Assembly: GCA_044226015.1 (NCBI GenBank)
Contig: JBGAHS010000001.1
Span: 512,001-576,000, forward strand
Length of the DNA stretch: 64,000 nucleotides
DNA from: Candidatus Obscuribacteraceae bacterium
Lineage (GTDB): Bacteria > Cyanobacteriota > Vampirovibrionia > Obscuribacterales > Obscuribacteraceae
Direction: 5' to 3'
Of the stretch, positions 56,901 to 64,000 are shown piece after piece (position 1 is the first letter of the stretch; every line of letters begins with the position of its first letter). Under the pieces are notes generated by a model. It ran no database searches. It was not told the DNA's origin and worked only from the letters and a program-made list of their open reading frames with translations. The translations under genes were made by a program, and so were the position numbers.

Positions 56901-59900
56901 TTTAGGTTGTATATAACCTTACCTCCATTGCCGCTGCCGGTTCCACTTGCGTCAAGAATCAAAGGCAGCGATTTAGAGATTACATTAGACGCAGCGATAA
57001 CCAGTGTGCCACCATTTTGAGATGCATCTGTTGCGGCAGTGAGTTGGGAAGATGGGAAGGCTGAAATATCGATGGTGCCAAATCCGGCGTCCAGCGTAAT
57101 CTGGTGAGCTAACGGATTCGAAGCCAGGCTTATCTTGTAGTTGCTAGGTCCTCCCGTATACAAAGCCATAGAGTTCTGTCCTGCATTTACAGTTCCTGCA
57201 ATGCTGATATCCTGCGCGAGATTTCCATCGCTTACAGTGAAGCCACCCTTGCTTATAGCTCCCGCACTTACTACTACAGGGGCATTAGTCTGTGTGACAG
57301 ATCCAGACCTGATGGTGATCGACCCCGAATTGCTGAGTAGGGTGGCAGAAGTGTTCAGGCTGTTGGCTTTTACTCCAAAACCCATAATAGTGATGTTACC
57401 CGAGTTGAGGTTTCCACCTGATGTGGTGATATCTTTTAGAACTGCTGTTCCGCCGTGTGCCACCACCGTTACATCACCGCCACCAAGAGTGCCTGTTGTA
57501 TCGATATTCACTGCATGCCCGCTCGTGTTGAGCAAAATCGAACCACTGCCACTTTGATTGAGAGTGTATTGTGTTTGGTCGGGACCCGCTGTGCCGGAGG
57601 TACTCGGTAGGAATGTATAACCTGCAATGAGTGTCAAGTTGTATCCATGTCCAGCTGACGAAGATAGATTCAATGTCAGATTGTCTGCACCTGTGTTGAT
57701 GATGTCGCCAGCCGAGAGGATTGTTAGATTAGAGCTGTATTGCAGTGTTGGAAGCTTGGACAAATCGATTGGACCCGAGCTATTTGCGATAGTCGCTCCG
57801 CTGTTAGATGCAAAAATCAGTTTTGACTGCGGGTTTGTTGCTGGGTGCAATTCAATTGTGCTATTCGAATTTCCGGTAACCAGTTTGTTTGTGTTCAGGT
57901 ATACCGTGGTGTTATTTGTTTGAAAGTCCAGAACTACATTTCCATCAATAGTCACCGAAGAGCTGTCACCAGAGTTCGCTGTTAAGTTGACTGTTCCTGC
58001 TGGAGTTCCATTAAATACGAACTGCGTCGTGCTCGCAAATTCAAGGCTTGGATAAGTGCCTGTCTGATTATTTCCTTGAGCTATGAAGTTGATAGAGCCA
58101 TTGTTGACTGACGAGAAAACGCCTGAAGCGTTTCCTGTGATTTGAACATCCTGTCCGAGGGCTCCTGTGACAAAGATGTCCCCGCTGGATGTTATCTGTC
58201 CAGAATTGTCGAGGAACATGGCTTTTCCGTTCCCGAAGCTTCCATTGACTGTCGCCCCCTGTATGCGCACCTGGCTGCCATTCAGTGATGCGCCTGAATT
58301 CACAGTGACCTTATCTGTGTATATGGTTATGTCAGTTGCGTTATTGCTACCATCGAACGCTATTGAAGAACTTGAGGAAAGAAGCAATGTTGAAGCTTTT
58401 GCGTTGTTTAGTGAGCTAGCGCTCTTAAGCCCAAGATAGGCAGCTCCTGATGTTTTTAGATCAAGATTAATCGAGCCATTTCCATTCGAGAGGTTTATTC
58501 GGTTGGATAGTGTGCCGAAGTTTCCGCTGCCGTCGCCGTCTTTTCCGCTAAGGGTGGAAATGAGTCGAATATTTGAGGATATGAGACTTGAGCCGTTGGA
58601 TGAGCTTAGTAGTCCTTGCTGATCAATGCCAACGGAAATGCCAGTAGAAGCGGTGATGTCACCGGAAAAACTAATGTTGGATTTTGTTGAGTTGAGGTTG
58701 ATTTGCGCACCGTTAACTGGTCCAACAGATACTCCACCAGCGCCAGTGCTGATGCTGATGTCACCATTCCCGCTGGTGCCGGCTTTGCTTCCGCTAGCAC
58801 CTTTAATTCCTTGCGCGGTGGTTGTGCCACCGCCACTGCCGCCGGTGCCAGGGGCTCCTAGCCCTACTCCTCCGACTCCTGCGACGATAGCTATATTGAA
58901 TGTTCCAGCGTTACCTCCGGCGTTGGAGAGCCCTGGTGAGCCTGGAGTGCCTGCCTTCAAAGAATCTCCTGAGCCACCAGATCCACCGGCATTATAGCTT
59001 CCACCGCTTCCTCCGCCATTTGCCAGATTAGCTTGGTTTCCACCGCCACCACCGCCGCCGCCGAAGAATCCTGCACCGCCGCCGCCGCCGACACCATTTT
59101 GACTTGTTATGCCGTAGCCACCGCCGCCACCGCCGCCGCCGCCGCCATAGCTTCCGCCACCGCCGCCGCCTCCTCCTCCATTAGATTGAGTCGAGCCGCC
59201 AGCACCGCCTATACCTCCGTCGCCACCGGCAAGCGCGAAGGTGCTTCCAGCTATGTTTACTCCCTGGGCTGCCGTGATGCTGATTTTTCCTGCGGTTCCG
59301 CCAGCTCCGGCTACACCACCGGCGCCATTCTGGGCTCCGCCGCCACCACCGCCGCCGCCTCCTCCTCCAGAGCTGTTGACGTTTGCCCCAATCTGGATGC
59401 TACCTGTGTCACTGTTTATGCTGATGTTTCCGCCTGAGCCGCCGGCTCCACCCTGCTGCCCGACGGCTCCCGCACTTGTCCCGCCACCGAAGCCGCCCCC
59501 GCCACCGCCACCGAAGCTCAAAACGTTGCTTGTAACAGCAATGTTGCCGCCGACATCTATAAGTACGCTACCGCCCGAGCTACCACTTGTGGCGTTTGCT
59601 CCGTTAACGGATTTTCCGCCCAGTCCCGCAGTGATAATTGAGTTTACTGTAACTGCGCCGCTGCCCTTTAATTGCACGCTGCCACTGCTGGTGGTGATAT
59701 CGCTTGTCAGAATGCTTCCTAGTTGTGAGCTTCCTACTCCAATTGATGACTGTGCTACGCCATTGCTGAAGCTAATGCCACCTGACACATCAGGCTCAAA
59801 CATTAGCAGCTGAACATTGCCGCCCCCGCCTGGCGCAGTTGCGATGCTGCTTATGTTCTGTGCTACCAATGTGTCAGAGCCACTAGAAGAAGCGCCTGCA

Positions 59901-62900
59901 ATGACTGTGATTGAACCACCCGAGCTATTACCTGTCGAAGTTACGTTAGCAATATTGATGAAACCTACTCCATCAGTTGTCGATTTCCCGTAAGCCGCAA
60001 GAATTATTTGTCCTCCCGCGCCTGAGCTTGAGGACGCATTCAATGAAGTACTTGCAAGAAGAATTGAACCTCCGGAATTGCTTGCGCCAGTCACTGTCAT
60101 AGTGCCTGGAGTCGAACTGTTGATTGTATACTGTGCGCCTGCTATCAACGAGAGACTTCCGCTGGCAGAGCTGCCTGATGTATCTAGTGTTTGAGCTTTT
60201 CCCGTGTTCTGTATTATGTTTTGCCCCGCAACTGCAAGAAATGAAATTCCTTTTGAAGAGGGGAAGAAGGCCGTGTTATTGAAAATTCCATCCAGCGAAA
60301 TGGTGCCTTGAGCAGATAGGCTCAAAGCTGAACCTGCGCCGCTTAGTTTGAAACTACCAGTTCCGGCAAGTGATAGATTTCCATTACTGTCTAGCGCCAA
60401 TGCCTTTGCTGTCCCAGGGTCTACAGCTCCGTTGTTAACGATTTGCGCACTCCTCAGATAAGCACCTGATGTAGCGCTGAGCTGAGATAGATTGCTTATC
60501 TGCAACGTGGAATTCGACGATAAAGCCAACTGTGTTGTTGCGATAGTGCCACTTACCGCGAGGTCATTTCCTGCAGTGATATCCAGCACCGCTGCGCTGA
60601 ACGAACCAAGGGTTGAATATTGGGACTGGTTTTGTACGTAAGCATCACCTGAAGTCGAACCATGGATGAATCCTGCGGAAACTCCAAAAGGTGCCGTAGG
60701 GCTTCCGATGCCTCCTATTCCCGCCTGCACATTGATGGAATCGGCTGTTACCGCTAGCCCACCGGGAGAACTTATGCTTCCGGCAGGTCCAGAAGCGAGG
60801 AATACTGCACCTGCATCAATTGAAACGATGCTAATGCTGCCGCTTGGAGCTCCTGAACTAAATGAACCTGTCAGCATGCCCTGTAACACTGTAGTGCCAG
60901 GTGCGGCGATTGGGTGCGTTGCGGTGATACTAACGTTGCCCTTAATTTGACCAGTTGCGTTGATAGTGCCTAATGTTACTCCGGGTCCAAGAATCTCAAC
61001 TGAGCCAGCGCTTCCTTTGCTTGCGTGTGTGTCGATGACGGAGATGCTCGTGGTGCCCTCGTAATTGGCTACAGTAACGTTGCCTCCCTGTGAGGTGCCC
61101 GAAGTGCTAATAGAGCCAATTACTATTGAGCTGCTCCCAAAGGATGATTGGAAGCTGTTAAACGTAGTGAGCAAATCAGGATTCGTAGTGGTTCCGAATG
61201 AACCAAGCGGTAAATAATTTGAATTTGCGATTAGAGTGAGATTCCCTCCCCCCGAACTCAGGCTGCTTAAGTCGATTGAGTTACCATGAATTCCCATTGA
61301 CGAAATAAGAGCCAGGCTTTGCCCGTTAAAGGAAATTGTGTCGAAGTCAATGTCTGTGAGACTGGCAACCGTACCTGCGCCAGTTGTGTTAACAGTCACC
61401 TGTTTCGCATCATATTTGCCGGCTGCGGTGGTACTTGCGCTGTTCAACACTATCTTTCCCGCAGCTATGGAGTCAGCGGCGAACGGCGAGCTGCTAAATC
61501 CACTGGCCGGGTAGTGGGTGCCTATCGTGCTCGTGACCGAGATTGTTCCAGCGCTCAGCGTGACAGTGCCATCTGCGCCATTGCTACCTGAAAGTACGGA
61601 AGAGCCTCCTGCGCCGCCAGGTCCTCCCTGTCCGAAATTTCCTCCAGGAAGTGGGAACTGTCCGCCGCCGCTCCCAAATACGCCAGGGTCGCCCGGTCCG
61701 ACTCCGCCACCAAAAGCGCCACCTCCACCAGTGCCCGAGCCTAGCAAGCCGCCACCGCCACCGCCGAAGTAGCCACCGCCGCCGGAGGCTGGGTTCGTTA
61801 GACCTCCGACAGCGCCACCGCCGCCACCGAACGCCCCGCCACCACCGCCGTAGAGCGCTGAACCATCTCCGCCTCCATTTCCTCCGCCAGCTGCAAGTAT
61901 GGGACCTGTTGATGTAAGCGCCTGACCAGCAGAAAGGGTTATGTTGCCTGAAGCCCCGCCTGTACCGCCTGCAAACTGATAACTGGCTCCGCCGCCTCCG
62001 CCAGACGCATTCACGTCGCCGCTTATACTCAGGCTACCGATTGATGAACTGACGTCGATTGTTCCGCCGGAGCCTCCGCTACCTCCCTGCGCACCGAAGT
62101 TGAATTGTGCACCAGAACCTCCCCCACCATATGCTTGCAGGGAACCGGTGTTGACCGAACCGTGAGCATGCACATTGATGTTGCCGCCATCGGCTCCATT
62201 CGATGCCTGGTCCAGAATGTTGGCGCCACCACCGGCGGTGATCAGATCTCCGGCCTTGATTTGGGCATTTTGTGTTAACGATGAACTTGCCGTTATGCTG
62301 CTGTTATCTGCAGAGTTCAAATTCCCGGGCAGAACGATCGAAGCTTGTCCTGGAGTATCAGAATTGACTATGGGTTGTGCAGCCAGAATGCTAATGTTAC
62401 CGCTATGGGAATCGCGTCCGCCACTGGTTGTTATCGAGCCCGTCGACACTGCAACGCTGATGGAGTCTGAACCGCCTGCAATTATTGTTACGTTTCCACC
62501 ATTTCCGCCGCTTGAAAAAAGACCTGGGTTTCCGGTTGTATTAATTGAATTCGTTGCCGTGTTTAGTTTGACGTAACCGCTAGTGCCTCCATTTGCGAAA
62601 GCCGCCAGGGTGACATTGCCACCGCTAGTAGTGCTATGAGTGTCAATCGCGGCGCCTGTGGTGTTGCTGGTGAGGTCAATGCTTCCTCCAGTGCTGCTGG
62701 GCCCACTGATTGTCACTGAGCTGACACTTGAGGTGCTTGGGGGAATTGCCGTGACTGAACTGCCACCATTGATGCTCGTGACGTTTGCTCCTGCGACCAT
62801 TAGTATGTCGAATCCAGGACTTACTATCGACGCTGAGTTGTCGAGTCCTATGATGTTGCCGCTTGCGATAATCGCAACGTTTTCTCCAAAGGTGTTTGTG

Positions 62901-64000
62901 CCAGCAATCGAAATATCGCCGCCGCTGTTAACAAAAATGGGGTCACCACTTATGGTGTTATTTCCAAGTGTAAGATTTGCTGTGTTGGCGGCTAAGTGTT
63001 CAATTCCTGCTATTGTATTTAGCTTGCCGCAAATGTTGTTGACGATGCCTTCGATGTCTCCTGATCCAGAAAATATGTTCAGGTTTTTTGAATAGTAGTC
63101 GCCGCCAAGCAAGTTGGTATTTGCTAGCGCTGTGAAATCTGCCGTTCTGATATTGATATTGTCGGCTGCTCTGAAGACGCCTCCGAGTGCAGTAATATCG
63201 ATGTTATTTTGCAGTGCCGTCGCGATATTAATGCTGCCCGTCTTTGATTCTATAAGTCCTGAGTTGATAATTTGTCCGCTGCCTATAGATAGGTTGACGT
63301 CACCTGCATGGCTGCTAATCTGCCCAGTGCTTGTATTGGTGAACATTCCGCCGGTGAGAATCGTTAACGCACCCGAGCTGCTGATTGAGCCACTGTTTGC
63401 AAAATCCATGGCTGAGTTCAAAATCAAATTGATTGGCGAATTAGATTGCGAGAAAAGCGAAGAAATAACTCCGCCCGATTCATTATTGATATTCTTTGCT
63501 GATACTAGCGCTGTTGCTCCACCTGTGGCGCTTGAAACGAGATTGATGCTTCCGTAATTTACTAGCGAACCAGTGACTTTAAAGGCACCGTTTTTTGAGA
63601 CATCGTCAATTGCGGTAACACCGCTTGCAATAACAAGCTCGTTAGCTCTCAGAGATCCACCGCGCGCTGTCAAATTATCCAGGCTGATGGTACCACCCAC
63701 AGCTCGTCCGCTATTATCGAGCACTAGCTGTTGAGCCCCTGTGTTCAATACTTGTTTAATCGAAAAATACTCTGCGGCAGTTACTCGAGAGCCCGCGGCA
63801 AATGACTTGTTGTTTCCACCTTCGAAAATGGTGATAACGGAACCTGCCTTCATTAGCTGATTGCTAAGAACTACGTTCGTGTTTGCAGAACTGAGGTCGA
63901 AAGACATCGCTTTGTTGGAAGCAAACTGTGCTGACTGATTCAAGTTTGTCGATTGTGGAGTGATGAAGCCTGTAATCTTGTGCGAGTTGTATGCGTTAAA
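53972..64000 (-). CDS. Giant beta-helical/Gly-rich surface protein (more than 3340 aa, 5' end outside the window) with conserved C-terminal domain
   Basis: Frame stays open from 64000 (FNAYNSHKITGF...) to TAA at 53972; Ser/Gly/Thr/Asn-rich beta-strand repeats, two poly-Gly islands, N- and C-terminal homology to 18850..25542. Confidence 0.88.
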   Translation of the reverse strand, partial: FNAYNSHKITGFITPQSTNLNQSAQFASNKAMSFDLSSANTNVVLSNQLMKAGSVITIFEGGNNKSFAAGSRVTAAEYFSIKQVLNTGAQQLVLDNSGRAVGGTISLDNLTARGGSLRANELVIASGVTAIDDVSKNGAFKVTGSLVNYGSINLVSSATGGATALVSAKNINNESGGVISSLFSQSNSPINLILNSAMDFANSGSISSSGALTILTGGMFTNTSTGQISSHAGDVNLSIGSGQIINSGLIESKTGSINIATALQNNIDITALGGVFRAADNINIRTADFTALANTNLLGGDYYSKNLNIFSGSGDIEGIVNNICGKLNTIAGIEHLAANTANLTLGNNTISGDPIFVNSGGDISIAGTNTFGENVAIIASGNIIGLDNSASIVSPGFDILMVAGANVTSINGGSSVTAIPPSTSSVSSVTISGPSSTGGSIDLTSNTTGAAIDTHSTTSGGNVTLAAFANGGTSGYVKLNTATNSINTTGNPGLFSSGGNGGNVTIIAGGSDSISVAVSTGSITTSGGRDSHSGNISILAAQPIVNSDTPGQASIVLPGNLNSADNSSITASSSLTQNAQIKAGDLITAGGGANILDQASNGADGGNINVHAHGSVNTGSLQAYGGGGSGAQFNFGAQGGSGGSGGTIDVSSSIGSLSISGDVNASGGGGGASYQFAGGTGGASGNITLSAGQALTSTGPILAAGGGNGGGDGSALYGGGGGAFGGGGGAVGGLTNPASGGGGYFGGGGGGLLGSGTGGGGAFGGGVGPGDPGVFGSGGGQFPLPGGNFGQGGPGGAGGSSVLSGSNGADGTVTLSAGTISVTSTIGTHYPASGFSSSPFAADSIAAGKIVLNSASTTAAGKYDAKQVTVNTTGAGTVASLTDIDFDTISFNGQSLALISSMGIHGNSIDLSSLSSGGGNLTLIANSNYLPLGSFGTTTNPDLLTTFNSFQSSFGSSSIVIGSISTSGTSQGGNVTVANYEGTTSISVIDTHASKGSAGSVEILGPGVTLGTINATGQIKGNVSITATHPIAAPGTTVLQGMLTGSFSSGAPSGSISIVSIDAGAVFLASGPAGSISSPGGLAVTADSINVQAGIGGIGSPTAPFGVSAGFIHGSTSGDAYVQNQSQYSTLGSFSAAVLDITAGNDLAVSGTIATTQLALSSNSTLQISNLSQLSATSGAYLRSAQIVNNGAVDPGTAKALALDSNGNLSLAGTGSFKLSGAGSALSLSAQGTISLDGIFNNTAFFPSSKGISFLAVAGQNIIQNTGKAQTLDTSGSSASGSLSLIAGAQYTINSSTPGTMTVTGASNSGGSILLASTSLNASSSSGAGGQIILAAYGKSTTDGVGFINIANVTSTGNSSGGSITVIAGASSSGSDTLVAQNISSIATAPGGGGNVQLLMFEPDVSGGISFSNGVAQSSIGVGSSQLGSILTSDITTSSGSVQLKGSGAVTVNSIITAGLGGKSVNGANATSGSSGGSVLIDVGGNIAVTSNVLSFGGGGGGGFGGGTSAGAVGQQGGAGGSGGNISINSDTGSIQIGANVNSSGGGGGGGGGGGAQNGAGGVAGAGGTAGKISITAAQGVNIAGSTFALAGGDGGIGGAGGSTQSNGGGGGGGGGSYGGGGGGGGGGYGITSQNGVGGGGGAGFFGGGGGGGGNQANLANGGGSGGSYNAGGSGGSGDSLKAGTPGSPGLSNAGGNAGTFNIAIVAGVGGVGLGAPGTGGSGGGTTTAQGIKGASGSKAGTSGNGDISISTGAGGVSVGPVNGAQINLNSTKSNISFSGDITASTGISVGIDQQGLLSSSNGSSLISSNIRLISTLSGKDGDGSGNFGTLSNRINLSNGNGSINLDLKTSGAAYLGLKSASSLNNAKASTLLLSSSSSIAFDGSNNATDITIYTDKVTVNSGASLNGSQVRIQGATVNGSFGNGKAMFLDNSGQITSSGDIFVTGALGQDVQITGNASGVFSSVNNGSINFIAQGNNQTGTYPSLEFASTTQFVFNGTPAGTVNLTANSGDSSSVTIDGNVVLDFQTNNTTVYLNTNKLVTGNSNSTIELHPATNPQSKLIFASNSGATIANSSGPIDLSKLPTLQYSSNLTILSAGDIINTGADNLTLNLSSSAGHGYNLTLIAGYTFLPSTSGTAGPDQTQYTLNQSGSGSILLNTSGHAVNIDTTGTLGGGDVTVVAHGGTAVLKDITTSGGNLNSGNITIMGFGVKANSLNTSATLLSNSGSITIRSGSVTQTNAPVVVSAGAISKGGFTVSDGNLAQDISIAGTVNAGQNSMALYTGGPSNYKISLASNPLAHQITLDAGFGTIDISAFPSSQLTAATDASQNGGTLVIAASNVISKSLPLILDASGTGSGNGGKVIYNLNSAAAYTLNENNLQVSTSGVNGGSFSFSAGGNLTVNPSASLFNLGPSSSTGTGASLSLTAGSKSSGNLLVTAPLTFASGANGGNGGSVYLSSNSSTAFLLNQSASAKITNGIKGLITISNGSTALGTGVISVSNRGGAITTGTQPLTSPGTVMLDTSGAAKGTISVGSQLGSASTVEIQIKAGGTGTISLKSPVQANTVRLTTETGSINGIKVNTSNLFANSSASINLTSTGSAALNLGASSATGSSSTFTLLSSSTINTSGSITAGKSVTLKTSTSGKDINVGEKISATSLGGTISLTATGTGSINTTSTQAISATTVSLVSASGNLGTPIGALIVQTSNLSANSTGTANILNTGAVPVTLKSATSASDFTLYSGAGIINNASISATKITLDSTSSVGSIVLNKPVGGKTTTFVTLSTTTGDISGTGLLKASSDLILSSSFGNIGSSKTALNLAAAVFSANTGTAGLVNLKNSNKTAMVLNNSSAGGSFTLNASGPLTLNSISTTNGSITVIAAAAGLLQTAVSAQILAAGTNKSAPSVITLENSNSTAGSILIGAAGTIATSGVGGGNVNIIIGTLSKTPVQGTAPSNLPPANITESGGGKIFYGTNGIKIGGVPSAVFLNAIGKNVIFNTGKLPASAITVNGGSPTTITADPPLASLSLAVPTSSTPAIASPLHSTQQSNNHSTAGNSISSGIPNLTQSAALNGTSGGQKSSVNISMPAEMNALSTVFADTQIVSRTATTNALVKQATSNGADIASEKTRALFGGISKDESSSFIDKVQSASISAEVYSDLDLGIESIHEKQNLSIEEGKFLLAPSKDLELKIPQGTISIKAGAVVLLSSNSEMISIFDLHDTAAGSVKINSAFGSYHLAPGMHLTLAPQFMGEFAELNKLEAISHRNLSSQNLGNGWKLHSSEFSVLSTISAVKPLRTMLTTERPQARKLLNSILKTTAVTLNMNKGKGPYQQYSRPLSAMK

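Overview
Bacterial chromosomal window with a high density of genes. It carries housekeeping genes (gap, pgk, groES/groEL, accA/accD, rsmE, yggS, sepF, obgE, pheS/pheT, ruvC) and no photosynthesis genes. The gene style (cyanobacteria-like core proteins, TPR-matrixin fusion, zinc-ribbon Ser/Thr kinase, orphan TadE/TadG cassette) suggests, by inference only, a non-photosynthetic cyanobacterial relative (Vampirovibrionia/Melainabacteria, Obscuribacterales-like). I saw no rRNA, tRNA, CRISPR array or mobile element. Highlights: (1) two giant Gly-rich proteins about 28 kb apart (2230 aa and more than 3340 aa, the second running off the window) share a ~500-aa N-terminal region and a ~170-aa C-terminal domain around unrelated middles, with no recognisable secretion signal or partner, a candidate undescribed surface-protein sorting system; (2) a standalone, strand-asymmetric structured RNA with G-rich loops downstream of ruvC; (3) a membrane-anchored tandem Roadblock/MglB protein with three acidic docking helices; (4) an orphan TPR-TadE-TadG(vWA)-TadE pilin cassette; (5) enzymes with altered catalytic residues (Lnt Cys>Ser, ArgH-like, GSQEF GGDEF domain); (6) a 36-aa small gene missed by the ORF track, with its own promoter, structured leader and terminator. 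All calls come from reading motifs by eye; no database searches were run.
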